DNA of 64,000 nt from an uncultured Nitrospinota bacterium (GCA_963707985.1 CAVPRW010000013.1:64186-128185); one strand, 5' to 3'. Positions 33,271 to 44,050 are shown, counted from the stretch's first letter. The notes: generated by a model from the letters alone, not told the origin. Numbers and translations: made by a program.

Positions 33271-34026
33271 ATGGCCACACTTCGATGGATTGGCGAACCG
33301 ATCAACGAAGGCGGTGTTACGGAACGTAGATTCGACCTCGAACGTGAATCGGGTACGGTCCCAGGCATCCTGTGGGCTCCCATGGAGCACGACCGCCCGG
33401 TGCCGCTGGTCCTCATGGGCCACGGTGGTAGCGGTCACAAGCGCAGCGACCGGCAACTCATGCTCGGTCGACGCTTGGCCACCGTATCTCAGATAGCCTC
33501 GGCGACCATCGACGGTCCATATCATGGGGACCGTGTCCCCGAACAACTCGACCGGCAACAGTATCAAGCGATGATGGCCGCCATGGGTGTTGATAAAGTC
33601 ACCGATGGCATGGTTGATGATTGGGGCGCGACGCTCGATGCGCTCAGCCAACTCGACACCATCGATGCCAGCCGCATTGCCTATATGGGCTTCTCCATGG
33701 GGACACGCTTTGGGCTCCCCTATGTGGCGGCCGCAGGTGATCGCCTACGCTGCGCTGTTCTCGGCAAAAACGGTATGCGCCAGAACTCCGGGCTGGCCAA
33801 CATGGCGACTCGATTCGAACGAGACGCACCGACCATCAAGTTACCACTCCTGTACCACGTTCAGTGGGATGACGAATTGTTCCCACGCGACGGGCAGTTC
33901 GACTTGTTCGATCGTCTGGGCACATCCGACAAACGGCTGATTGCATTCCCTGGGCCGCATGGCACCTCCACTCCGGAGGCAGTGCGTGCATGGTGTGAGT
34001 TCGTCACCCGCCACCTGGGCGTCTGA
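33271..34026 (+). CDS. Alpha/beta hydrolase
   Basis: GHGGSGHK, GFSMG nucleophile elbow, WDDELF, PGPH. Confidence 0.88.
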   Translation: MATLRWIGEPINEGGVTERRFDLERESGTVPGILWAPMEHDRPVPLVLMGHGGSGHKRSDRQLMLGRRLATVSQIASATIDGPYHGDRVPEQLDRQQYQAMMAAMGVDKVTDGMVDDWGATLDALSQLDTIDASRIAYMGFSMGTRFGLPYVAAAGDRLRCAVLGKNGMRQNSGLANMATRFERDAPTIKLPLLYHVQWDDELFPRDGQFDLFDRLGTSDKRLIAFPGPHGTSTPEAVRAWCEFVTRHLGV

Positions 34027-34241
34027 GACCGTGTCACGACACGGCTGGGCTGTGCCTCGCCTCCGCAGGATCAACCAGAGGTTGGGGTTGGAAGCGATGC
34101 GCGGGTCGCAGCCCTATCAAGATTGTTCCACCACGAAAGCTCGCTTGAACCAGTGTACCCGTATGATCTCTCAAGATGATACAGCGTCAAGGTCGATGGT
34201 GTACTTTCTGCACAAGAGACCTCATTGAGAGTGCTAGGCAG

Positions 34242-35603
34242 CTAGGCCAAGCGACGAATCCTGCTTAAGGCATATCCGGCAAGGGGGAGATAACCGACCA
34301 GCGTCCCTGTCAGATAGCGGGCTTCATAGTGGAAGAACATAAAAATGAGTAAGAAATAGAGCGGCACGGTGAAGAAAAACAGGCCGACGGCGGTTTTGTG
34401 CTCGCGCTTGAGCAGGAAAAGGGCAACCAGGGCGGTTGGAAAGAGGATGGAGGCCGAGAGCGTGCCGAGGCCCATACCGATGATTCGTAGAGGATACGTT
34501 CGGGCATATGTCGAAAAACCTTCTTGGGGGTTCTGTGTCTTGAAATAGCTCCAACTCCTCGGATATGTCGCGTCTCCCGCGTTTCCATAGACGAGAAAGG
34601 TCCCGTTAAGGAGCTTTTTCACGGTGTGCAATGCGTATGGCATGGGATGCTCGCTCACAGACGCCAGGAATTCCTCCTTGCAGATGTCTTCGATGTTTTT
34701 GCCGGTTGCCTGCATCCTCTCGCGGAAATACTCCTGGAACCGCTCTTCCTCGGTCGAATAAAACCTGCTGACCTGATTGCCAAGCCACAAGTTGTACCAG
34801 AACACAGGAGGCGTCATCTTCGGATCGTGCTGGTGGGCGCGAACGTAGCTCTGGTGTGGCCAGACCATGAGCCCAACGATTGTGAAGGCGATCAACAGAA
34901 ACATCACGGCCATGGAGAACCTGATGCGCTTCAGAAGCCAGAGCATCAGGGTTAGAAAGACCGGGTACAAGGCGATGGTCGGCATAAAGTAATAGCCTAG
35001 GCCTGTGCCGATGCAGACCAGGCTGAACCATAACGGTGGCCAATCTTCCTGCAGAAAGATCCGGCTCGCCCACAGGGTGATGACGAGCATGAGATAGAGC
35101 AGGAAGATATCTTTGTACGGAATGATGCTGACACGCGCCTCATACAAGGTAAAGGCAAAGACCAGCACCGTGAGCAAGCCAGCACGGTGACCAAAAAATT
35201 TCTTGGCCAGCCTATATAGACCCCAAGCAGCCAGGACCTCGAAGATGATCTGCATGATCTGGGCGTAGATCCAGAGTTTCGAGCCGAAAATCTTCCAGAC
35301 TCCGGCAAGGAAAAAGGCATAACCTGGCACTTCCCTAATGTAGGGTTGGAGCTCAGGCGACCGGATCTCATAGCGTTCTGGATCGATAATCCGGGTCGGG
35401 TCCGATGCTTCGAGGATTGGGGGAAAATCTCGGAAGATCTTGATACCCTTGCCTTCAGCAAGGTTCATCGCCACGAACGCCTGTTCGAATTGTGTTGACG
35501 GACCGCTGAAGACCTGATGGTGGAATAGGGCCAGGAAGCCCAGACGCACGGCCAGGACGAGGACCAGGAGACCGATGAAGCTGAGATGCTTGGAGTTCCG
35601 CAT
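34242..35603 (-). CDS. GT-C type membrane glycosyltransferase (ArnT/PMT-like)
   Basis: Multiple TM segments, RExPGYAFFLA, C-terminal EARY. Confidence 0.75.
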   Translation of the reverse strand: MRNSKHLSFIGLLVLVLAVRLGFLALFHHQVFSGPSTQFEQAFVAMNLAEGKGIKIFRDFPPILEASDPTRIIDPERYEIRSPELQPYIREVPGYAFFLAGVWKIFGSKLWIYAQIMQIIFEVLAAWGLYRLAKKFFGHRAGLLTVLVFAFTLYEARVSIIPYKDIFLLYLMLVITLWASRIFLQEDWPPLWFSLVCIGTGLGYYFMPTIALYPVFLTLMLWLLKRIRFSMAVMFLLIAFTIVGLMVWPHQSYVRAHQHDPKMTPPVFWYNLWLGNQVSRFYSTEEERFQEYFRERMQATGKNIEDICKEEFLASVSEHPMPYALHTVKKLLNGTFLVYGNAGDATYPRSWSYFKTQNPQEGFSTYARTYPLRIIGMGLGTLSASILFPTALVALFLLKREHKTAVGLFFFTVPLYFLLIFMFFHYEARYLTGTLVGYLPLAGYALSRIRRLA

Positions 35604-36018
35604 GCTGTCCTCTCATAGCGAACATGTTACCCACGACAATCTGCCTCGAAAGGCCTCTTCCTCAACCGCTATGACAAAGCCGTACCGCATATTCCTGCTA
35701 GGTTGCTCATGCCTATCGGTCCTATAGCATAGAAGCCACAGGAGGTGCAAAAAAAGATGCTTCGCTCTCGTTGGCTGTCGCGATATACTGGCCTGCCCGG
35801 CGCAGGCGTCAGAAACCACACATGCCGCCAATGAGATCTCGTGGGCGACTTCACTGGCCTACAATAAGATCAGCCAGCTTTAGGATCGACAGACGCCGAG
35901 CGTGCCGTCCGTGTCGCCGCCGGGGCGCCTGAGGTGGAAGAGCCGTGCCAACGCCTGGAAGATCAACTCTGCAGCGATCTTGAAGTCTGATGCCGCGCGC
36001 ACAGAAAGGAGTCCAGCG

Positions 36019-37041
36019 ATGCCATCTTACATGTATGTATCGAGTCAAGGCGATGACAAGATTGTGCGATTTGCCATGGATCCCGCCACGGGAAACCTGG
36101 AGCCCCAGGGAGCGGTCACCGTTTCCGGCGGCCCAGCACCTATCGCCGTCGACCCAAGTCGGCGATTTCTCTATGTCGCCAAGCGCGGTGAGCGTAAGAT
36201 TGCGAGCTTCCGCATCGATCAGGGCACCGGCGGGCTCACCCTGCTTGGCACGGTGGACCTCCTGAACGATCCATGTTATTTGGCGACCGACCGGCGGGGG
36301 AAGTTCCTGCTGGCCTCCTATTATGAGGGAAGAGGAGTATCGGTGCATCCGATCGGCGACGACGGAGCCCTGAGCGACCCGCCTGTTGAGCGGCGAGAGA
36401 CCAGGCGTGGAGCGCACTCCATTCAGACGGATCCTTCCAACCGCTTTGCCTTTGTCCCGCACATCGCTGGGCGCGGGCCGAACGAGATCTGGCAATTCCG
36501 TTTCGATGAACGGACGGGCCACTTGTCATTCAACTCACCGGCGAAGGTCGTGCCGGAGCAGCCCCTCGGTCCGAGGCATTTCTGTTTCCATCCCAGTAAA
36601 GATATGCTCTACTTCTCCAACGAGCAGGGATGTAGCGTCAGCGCCTATCGTCTTGATCCCTCGGTAGGTACCTTAACGGCCTTGCAGACGGTGTCGACGC
36701 TGCCCAGCGGCTACACGGGACAAAATTCCTGCTCAAAGATCCAGATTACCCCGTCGGGGAAATTTTTGTATGCCCCGAACCGCGGCCACAACAGTATCGC
36801 CGGCTTTACCGTCGACGCCACGACGGGGCTGCTGACCTCCATCGGGCAGACCCCGAGTGAACCGGTGCCACGCGCCTTCAGCCTCGATCCCGAAGGCAAG
36901 TTTTTGTATGCCGCCGGTATTGAATCCGGCCGCCTCGCTGCCTACCGCGTCGATCAAGACTCCGGTGCGTTGCAGCCCCTGCAGACGTATCCCATTGGTG
37001 CAAGGCCCATGTGGGTGATGATGATTCAACTGGCAGGATAA
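36019..37041 (+). CDS. Lactonase family (6-phosphogluconolactonase-like)
   Basis: GAHSIQTDP, GPRHFCFHP, GKFLYAPNRGHNSIA, PRAFSLDP. Confidence 0.92.
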   Translation: MPSYMYVSSQGDDKIVRFAMDPATGNLEPQGAVTVSGGPAPIAVDPSRRFLYVAKRGERKIASFRIDQGTGGLTLLGTVDLLNDPCYLATDRRGKFLLASYYEGRGVSVHPIGDDGALSDPPVERRETRRGAHSIQTDPSNRFAFVPHIAGRGPNEIWQFRFDERTGHLSFNSPAKVVPEQPLGPRHFCFHPSKDMLYFSNEQGCSVSAYRLDPSVGTLTALQTVSTLPSGYTGQNSCSKIQITPSGKFLYAPNRGHNSIAGFTVDATTGLLTSIGQTPSEPVPRAFSLDPEGKFLYAAGIESGRLAAYRVDQDSGALQPLQTYPIGARPMWVMMIQLAG

Positions 37042-37068
37042 CGGGGGTTATTTGTCGATTGCTGACCG

Positions 37069-37401
37069 ATGGGGAGCGCTTGGCTCAAGCTCGTAGTCCA
37101 ATCAATTGACCGGTGGTTCTCAGGACGTGATATTCCACCAGGGCAACGCTGGAGCCTCCTGCTCGGCGGAAAGCTGGCGGGTTCCACCTTCGGCATTGTG
37201 TGTGTGACACTGGAACCCCTCACCTCACCCTGGCTGCTCTTCGAGGCTGGGGCAATCAGTCGATCATTGGAAACGGCCCGGGTTGTACCGTTGCTTCTTG
37301 ACGTAACACAGTCGAACTTTCACGGTCCACTATCGCAGTTCCAAGCGGTTCAACGGAACAAAGAGGGGGTTCGTCAATCGGCGCCGGCCGCTAATTCTTA
37401 G
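37069..37401 (+). pseudogene. TIR-domain protein remnant
   Basis: WFSGRDIPPGQRW, FGIVCVT, SPWLLFEAGAIS, VVPLLL, GPLSQFQA; lacks the N-terminal VFISW strand. Confidence 0.8.
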
Positions 37402-37626
37402 TCAGCACTTCATCATCATGCTGAAAGAATAGGCAGTACGTGCACGTTGGCGCCGTGGTTGAGAGGAGGGCCAGATCTTCCCGTCTGGCTCCCACTGGCC
37501 GTCGATGCACCGGTACCAGGCTCGGTCGGCCGATACACCGCGGCGTCACAGCTCCCACACTGCCAGGACCGCGACACACCCGGCAGGAGCCCGCATGCTT
37601 TTGGACTTTGAGGAGGGGGTACAGGG

Positions 37627-37641
37627 TGGCATTTTCCTTGC
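37627..37641 (+). promoter_or_regulatory. sigma54 -24/-12 promoter of the cyanate operon
   Basis: TGGCATTTTCCTTGC (GG-N10-GC), about 80 nt before the start codon. Confidence 0.7.
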
Positions 37642-37722
37642 TGCATTCGAACCATGGTGTGTTCCACGCTGAGTGCGGATGATCGTGCGATCGACGTCGA
37701 GGACTACAGCGAAGGAGAGATC

Positions 37723-39087
37723 ATGAGGGAGGGTGATGAGAGTCGTACGTCGCTCACGAAGAGGCACGCGCTCGGTCTGAGCTCACACGCAACTCCACAG
37801 ATTGGTGGGATAGACGACCCGACGCCCAGCACGCCCGAGGACTGCCTCGATCGTGCGGTGGAGACTATCGTGGAACGGGCGATCTTTGGGGGGAATGAAC
37901 TGGCGCGGCGGCGTTTCTTGCAGTTGGTCGGCGCCAGCACGGCGACATCCATCATCCGCTCGGTATTCCCGCTTGAGACGGCGAAAGCCATAGCGCAGGA
38001 ACAAGTCAAGAATATCGAGAAAAAAGACCTGACCGTCTCATTTATCCCCATCACCTGTGCGACCCCCATCATCATGGCCGAACCCATGGGATTTTACGCC
38101 CGCCATGGCCTGAACGTAACGGTCCGTCGCGCCGCTGGCTGGGCGGTGGTGCGTGATTGGGCCATCAACAAAGAAGTCGACGCTACGCATATGCTGAGTC
38201 CCATGCCGTTGTCGATCACTCTCGGGGCTGGCTCTCCGGCTGTGCCCTATCTGATGCCGGCGGTGGAAAACATCAACGGTCAGGCGATCACGCTACACAT
38301 CAAACATACGGGTGTGCAGGGGCCACAGGACATGAAGGGGTTTCGCTTCTGCGTTCCCTTTGACTACTCCATGCACAACTATCTCTTGCGCTATTACCTC
38401 GCCGATGGAGGGTTGCACCCCGACAAGGATGTGCAGATCCGCGTCGTGCCCCCACCGGAGATGGTCGCCAATCTGAAGGCGGGCAATGTCGATGGCTATC
38501 TCGCGCCCGATCCCTTCAATCAGCGCGCCGTGTATGAAAATGCAGGGTTTATCTTCAAACTCTCGAAAGAGATTTGGGAGGGACACCCCTGTTGTGCGTT
38601 CGCCATCTCGCAGGAATTCGCCAGGACCTCTCCCAATACCTTCCTGGCGCTCTTCAAGTCCATCGTCGAGGCCACCCACTTTGCGGCCAAACCGGAGAAT
38701 CGTAAAGCCATTGCCGAGGCGATCGCGCCAAAGAATTATTTGAACCAGCCGGTGGTGGTAGTCGAGCAGGTGCTCACCGGGCGCTATGCTGATGGGCTGG
38801 GCAACATTAGAGAGGTCCCCGATCGGATTGGCTTTGACCCGTTTCCCTGGCACTCGATGGCAGTGTGGATTCTCACCCAAATGAAACGCTGGAAACAGAT
38901 CGACGGCGATGTGAACTATAAAAAAGTGGCGGAGCAGGTCTATCTTGCCGCTGAGTGCGATAGAGTCTCACGCGAACTGGGGTATGCCGCACACGACCGC
39001 ACCTACACGACTCACACGATCATGGGCCAAGTGTTCGATCCGGAAAAGCCCGAAGCCTACGTCGACAGCTTTGCCATCCGGAGCTAG
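37723..39087 (+). CDS. cynA: CmpA/NrtA-family substrate-binding protein, probably cyanate
   Basis: FIPITCATPIIMA, HMLSPMP, PFDYSMHNYLLRYYLA, HPCC; RRRFL motif; operon with cyanase. Confidence 0.88.
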   Translation: MREGDESRTSLTKRHALGLSSHATPQIGGIDDPTPSTPEDCLDRAVETIVERAIFGGNELARRRFLQLVGASTATSIIRSVFPLETAKAIAQEQVKNIEKKDLTVSFIPITCATPIIMAEPMGFYARHGLNVTVRRAAGWAVVRDWAINKEVDATHMLSPMPLSITLGAGSPAVPYLMPAVENINGQAITLHIKHTGVQGPQDMKGFRFCVPFDYSMHNYLLRYYLADGGLHPDKDVQIRVVPPPEMVANLKAGNVDGYLAPDPFNQRAVYENAGFIFKLSKEIWEGHPCCAFAISQEFARTSPNTFLALFKSIVEATHFAAKPENRKAIAEAIAPKNYLNQPVVVVEQVLTGRYADGLGNIREVPDRIGFDPFPWHSMAVWILTQMKRWKQIDGDVNYKKVAEQVYLAAECDRVSRELGYAAHDRTYTTHTIMGQVFDPEKPEAYVDSFAIRS

Positions 39088-39101
39088 GAGGGGACCGGCT
39101 G

Positions 39102-40004
39102 ATGGACACGGTACTCCAGCTGCCCAGGGCACCAGGCGGGCGGCAGTCGCTAATGATCTCTCTCGCGCTGCTCGGAGGCTTCGTGCTGGCCTGGCATCTG
39201 GCGACGCGGCAGCCGACCTTCGATCCCCGTGGCCTGAGCCCGCTGCAACTCCAACAAATGGAGTTTAACGGCGACATCGTACGCGTCGACAATGGGCAGT
39301 ATATCTACAACCCAGACAAGGCTCGCGGCCTCCCTGGGCCATGGGCCGTGCTCATGACGGCCGTCGATGAGTTCTCCTCGCCATTTCACAAGCGCGGCAC
39401 CAACGATCATGGCATTGGCCATCTGATTCGCTACACGGTGGTGCGGTTCGCCGTGGGCTTCCTTGCAGCTTCTGTCGTGGCGATTTTCCTTGGCGTGGCG
39501 ATCGGCCTGTCGCACACCCTGTATCGAGCCCTCAATCCCTTCATTCAAGTGTTGAAACCGATCTCGCCATTGGCCTGGATGCCGCTTCTGCTCTATACCG
39601 TGCGCCATCCTACCTGGACGGCGATCCTGGTGGTGTTCCTGGCCTCGCTGTGGCCCACGGTGGCCAACACCGCCTTCGGCGTGAGTACCATTCGCAAGGA
39701 CTATTTACAAGTCGCGAGTCTGCTGCAGCTCTCGTGGTTCCATCGTCTGGTCAAAGTTGTGCTGCCAGCAGCTGCTCCTGCCATTGTTGCTGGTCTGCGC
39801 ATCTCCTTCGGGAGCGCTCTGGTGGCAGTGGTCCCGGCGGAAATGCTGTTAGGAGAGCTCGGCGTCGGGTACCTGACGTGGATCGAATGGAACAATCTGC
39901 ATATCGCTGGCATCCTGTTCGCCATTCTGGTCATCGGAGCCGTCGGAGTCGCTCTGGATGCGGGCTTCAACCGACTTGCACGACTGGTCACGTATCCGGA
40001 GTAG
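39102..40004 (+). CDS. cynB: Nitrate/cyanate ABC permease
   Basis: LNPFIQVLKPISPLAWMP, AEML, WIEWNNL. Confidence 0.88.
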   Translation: MDTVLQLPRAPGGRQSLMISLALLGGFVLAWHLATRQPTFDPRGLSPLQLQQMEFNGDIVRVDNGQYIYNPDKARGLPGPWAVLMTAVDEFSSPFHKRGTNDHGIGHLIRYTVVRFAVGFLAASVVAIFLGVAIGLSHTLYRALNPFIQVLKPISPLAWMPLLLYTVRHPTWTAILVVFLASLWPTVANTAFGVSTIRKDYLQVASLLQLSWFHRLVKVVLPAAAPAIVAGLRISFGSALVAVVPAEMLLGELGVGYLTWIEWNNLHIAGILFAILVIGAVGVALDAGFNRLARLVTYPE

Positions 40005-40008
40005 AGCG

Positions 40009-40839
40009 ATGGCGTTTCTCAGCATCGAGCGCGTCAGCAAGTATTTCCCCCTGCAGGATGGGACAACTGGGTGGACAGGACGCCAAGAGGGTTTTTGTGT
40101 CTTCCGTGACGTCGATTTGCGCGTCGACAGGGGTGAGTTCGTCACGCTGATCGGGCATTCGGGGTGTGGCAAGAGCACACTGCTCAACATCGTCGCAGGA
40201 TTTGAACAGGCCTCAGCGGGCGGCGTCATTCTGGATGGAAAGGAAGTCACCATACCTGGCCTGGACCGCATGGTGGTGTTTCAAAGTTTTGCGCTGATGC
40301 CCTGGTTATCTGCCTTTGACAATGTTCGCCTGGCCGTGCGAGCCGCTCATCTCGAGTGGGATAAGACGCAGGTGCGAGAGGAAACGCAGCGCTATCTCGA
40401 CATGATGGGCCTCAAGGGGGCTGAGTATAAGAAACCCGCCTTCCTCTCGGGTGGCATGCGACAGCGCGTCGGATTGGCACGGGCCTTCGCCGTCCACCCG
40501 AAAGTGCTCCTACTGGACGAACCCTTTGCGCAGATCGATGCGCTAACGCGTGGCGTTATCCAGGAAGAGTTAGTGCGCATGTGGACGGTCATGCAGCACA
40601 CGGTATTTATGGTGACCCACGATGTGGATGAAGCGCTCCTGCTTTCGGACCGCATCGCCTTGATGACCAACGGTCCCGAGGCGCGGCTGGCGGAGACGGT
40701 GCAGGTCAACATCCCGCGACCGCGCAGCCGTGAGACGATGATCGATAGCATCGAGTATACGCGGTTGCGCAATCACATTCTGCATTTTCTGTTACGCGGC
40801 TCGCACGCCTTCGCGGCGCGAGAGCTGTCGCCAGACTGA
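40009..40839 (+). CDS. cynD: Nitrate/cyanate ABC ATPase
   Basis: GHSGCGKST, LSGGMRQRV, LLLDEPF, MTNGPEA. Confidence 0.88.
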   Translation: MAFLSIERVSKYFPLQDGTTGWTGRQEGFCVFRDVDLRVDRGEFVTLIGHSGCGKSTLLNIVAGFEQASAGGVILDGKEVTIPGLDRMVVFQSFALMPWLSAFDNVRLAVRAAHLEWDKTQVREETQRYLDMMGLKGAEYKKPAFLSGGMRQRVGLARAFAVHPKVLLLDEPFAQIDALTRGVIQEELVRMWTVMQHTVFMVTHDVDEALLLSDRIALMTNGPEARLAETVQVNIPRPRSRETMIDSIEYTRLRNHILHFLLRGSHAFAARELSPD

Positions 40840-40949
40840 GAGGATCGGCTCGATTTCGGGCTGCCGAGCATAGTCGCGTCGTGCCATTGACCGTCAGGCC
40901 AGGGATGACGACTGATCGTTCTTGACCTCGATACCATCAACCAGGAGGG

Positions 40950-41402
40950 ATGACGATGCTCACACGTGCAGAAGCCACTGAGCAAATTCTGGCCGCCAAA
41001 CAGGCCAAGGGACTTACATTTGCGGCAATTGCCGAGGCGGTCGGACGACACACGGTGTGGGTGACCGCCGCATTGATGGGCCAGGCCACCATGTCGAGCG
41101 AGGAAGCCCATGCGGCCGTCCAGGTCCTCGGGCTAGGCCCAGAGGTCGCTGAAGCCTTGCAACAGATCCCCATGAAGGGCTCTCTTGACAGCGACGTCCC
41201 GGTCGATCCGCTGATCTACCGCTTTCACGAGATCACCCAGGTATACGGCACGACGATCAAAGCCCTGATTCATGAGATGTTTGGCGATGGCATCATGAGC
41301 GCCATCGACTTCGAGATGGACATCCGCAAGGAAGAAGACCCCAAGGGCGACCGCGTGATCGTGACCTACAACGGCAAGTTCTTGCCCTATAAGAAGTGGT
41401 AA
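40950..41402 (+). CDS. cynS: Cyanase (cyanate hydratase)
   Basis: DPLIYRFHE, FGDGIMSAIDF, GKFLPYKKW. Confidence 0.97.
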   Translation: MTMLTRAEATEQILAAKQAKGLTFAAIAEAVGRHTVWVTAALMGQATMSSEEAHAAVQVLGLGPEVAEALQQIPMKGSLDSDVPVDPLIYRFHEITQVYGTTIKALIHEMFGDGIMSAIDFEMDIRKEEDPKGDRVIVTYNGKFLPYKKW

Positions 41403-41793
41403 CTCACAGTTCGCTCATTTTCAGGGTGGTTTTCGAGAAGCGACGCAGGGCCTTATGTAGATAGCTATAGGGGATTCCAGGAGGGCAAAGAGGCGTTGGT
41501 GTTAGCAGGTATGAGGCGCGATATGATGCGGTCGGCGATGTGTTTCCCGGGAGATTGGGGTCAGCCAGAGCACCATCACCCACCTCAGGCTGAGGCTCAC
41601 CCATTTGCGATGGATGCGAAAGTGCTCACTCGGCAGCACCTACAAGCATCTCTGCGCTAGCTCAGCCAGCTTCTTTGCCAGTTCCCGTTCTTCAGGGGTT
41701 TGTCGCGTGTTAGTGGCGCTGAGTTGGCTCATTTATTGCTCCATCTCATCCACCCATATACGCTGCATCACGTCCACGCCGAGAGAGCCAGCA

Positions 41794-42351
41794 TTAGTCG
41801 TCAATTGCTTGACGTAAGGTTCGAAAGGTTGGGCAACGGTACTCTATCCTCTCCAAGTTCGCCATAGCCGCGATTTTTCGGGCGACTTCCGCAGTGTAAG
41901 CTATGCCTGCTTCGGATAAAACGCCTTTCAATGTCCACTTTGGATCGAGAATCGACTCAAGTGGTCCCCTAATTTCAGCGATACTCCTCGGGGCAATCTG
42001 AGAAAGGGCATCATGATCTGCGAGGAGCCAGGTTTCGAGCTCTTGCACAATGATCACGAACTTTACTGGGAAGGGATAGCTTCGGCTAACAATGCTCGTC
42101 TCCATTCTAGCGATCAGCTCTCTTGGATTCTTGCCATCGGCATCACGGATGACGAGTGCCTTGTCAACAGCTTGCCCTTGATTAGCCCGGTGAAGTTCCT
42201 GAAGATAGGATGGGAATTTTTTCATCAATGAGCCCTTCTGGGCACATTGGCGCGGTATAACCTGGATATTACCTGCAGCATATCTGCGAATGAGCTCTGT
42301 GAGCGCCGCTACATCATACTCCCCCTCGACGATCAGCCCATAAATTGGCAT
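41794..42351 (-). CDS. DUF4276/TOPRIM-like protein
   Basis: GLIVEGEYD, LVIRDADG, ELETWLLAD, RCPTF; start overlaps ATPase stop (TAATG). Confidence 0.82.
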   Translation of the reverse strand: MPIYGLIVEGEYDVAALTELIRRYAAGNIQVIPRQCAQKGSLMKKFPSYLQELHRANQGQAVDKALVIRDADGKNPRELIARMETSIVSRSYPFPVKFVIIVQELETWLLADHDALSQIAPRSIAEIRGPLESILDPKWTLKGVLSEAGIAYTAEVARKIAAMANLERIEYRCPTFRTLRQAIDD

Positions 42352-43508
42352 TAGCTCCCACCAAGTGCTCCAGAATACCAAAGCTCTCCCAACCCAAGTT
42401 CCTCACGCTCCAAAAGCTCCTTGAGATGACTTTTTGATGCCGGTCTTGTATAACGGGTCGCACCGTCTTTCTTTTCCACCACGATCAGGTCGTCAAGATT
42501 CATGCGGTCTACCAAATAGGGTGAATGGGTCGTGACGATAAGCTGTGCGGCATGTGGACCCAGCTCATGCTGTCTCTGGGTATGAAGTTCTACTAAAGTC
42601 TCCAGAAGTCGCGGATGCAGATGATTCTCCGGTTCCTCGGCACAGAACAATGCTACGCCAAAGTCTTCGGGGGCAAGGATAAGTGACAACCATGCCAAAA
42701 ACATCAGCTCGCCATCAGACATGTGCCAAATGGTGACCGGCCGCTTGAGGTACTTCTCACGCGTGAGCATATGAGTGGTTGCGAACTGTGTTGGTGGAAT
42801 CAAAATCTCCGCGATGTCAGGCAGCACATCTGTAGCTGCTTGCTTGATGAGCCGGAACGCCTCTGGATAGCCCGTCTGTAACGTCATGAACCAACTCGAG
42901 AAGTTGCTGCCGTCCTCGTTAAGAAACTGCTGACCGACGGCGACATTGGATTGCCTCATCTGCGAGGGAAGCAGGCGATAGAAACGCCAAGCTATCATGA
43001 AATCCCGTACCGAAGTCCCTTCCCAGCCGGGGACAGCAAATTCCAAAGCCGACCGACCTGGGCCAGGCGGATCAAATGCGGAGCTACCATCCATGCGAGT
43101 TACCTGACCATGACCGTTCTTCAGATCGATTAATGTCGAGACTTGATCTCCAACTCTGACCTCCAGCCTCTCCCGTTCAACTGAAATCAATCCCGTTGGA
43201 CTACCAACAACTGAGAGCTCATAATCGTAGATCTTCACTAGTTCCGGCGCCGCTTCTCGGTCCTCGATTGTCACTTGAAAGGAAATCCGACTTTCCACGC
43301 TTCCCTTCCAGACGACCTCTGCAAAACCGCCGCGGTCGAGAAAGGCTTTGTTTAGACCTGAGCTAACCATGTTGGTTAAGAATTTGAAGCAATCGATGAG
43401 ATTAGTCTTGCCGGACATGTTTGGGCCAATAAGGACGTTGCGCTGACCCAGTACTATATCCACATCTCGTATACTGAGATAATTTTTAACGCATAGTCTA
43501 GTGATCAT
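42351..43508 (-). CDS. AAA_21/ABC-type ATPase (AbiEii/OLD-like)
   Basis: IGPNMSGKTN, MSDGE, EEPENHLHP, TTHSPYLV. Confidence 0.92.
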   Translation of the reverse strand: MITRLCVKNYLSIRDVDIVLGQRNVLIGPNMSGKTNLIDCFKFLTNMVSSGLNKAFLDRGGFAEVVWKGSVESRISFQVTIEDREAAPELVKIYDYELSVVGSPTGLISVERERLEVRVGDQVSTLIDLKNGHGQVTRMDGSSAFDPPGPGRSALEFAVPGWEGTSVRDFMIAWRFYRLLPSQMRQSNVAVGQQFLNEDGSNFSSWFMTLQTGYPEAFRLIKQAATDVLPDIAEILIPPTQFATTHMLTREKYLKRPVTIWHMSDGELMFLAWLSLILAPEDFGVALFCAEEPENHLHPRLLETLVELHTQRQHELGPHAAQLIVTTHSPYLVDRMNLDDLIVVEKKDGATRYTRPASKSHLKELLEREELGLGELWYSGALGGS

Positions 43509-44050
43509 CGGACTCCCACCTTCCCCTTCTAATACCCATATAACTACATGCCTGTTTTAGGCTATCATCCCTGTGGAAAGCAGTCAACGTCGGGGCAGAT
43601 TGTGGGCGGAGAGGTCAGCAGGGACTGACCTATGTACCCCCCTGGGCAGGGCAGCGGCCCGCCACGCGGCACCACTTTGTGGGGGAGCGATTCACCCACT
43701 GGACCGCAGTGATGACCACTTGAGAGTGGTCCGCACCGACTGTTGGCATAGACGCAACTTGTTGAGCGCATGTTGCTCAGCCAACACGTCCGTATAGGCG
43801 TGGTTCAGGCATCGGCCACGGACTTATAGGTCCCCGCCCCCGCATTTCCCAGTCCGCAAGCATTTTCCCACGGCCTCGAGGGGCCATACACCATTGGCAC
43901 CGGTTGTGCCCACTCTCCCCGCCACGACGAGCATGTCTGGCCAGTCGATCAAGGCACTCACGCTGACCTGAGGAATCGGCGCATAGCGACATCGCTCAGC
44001 GACATCGCTCCGTGCATCCGCGCGCCCAGTCCCATGGGAGAAAACAACGT

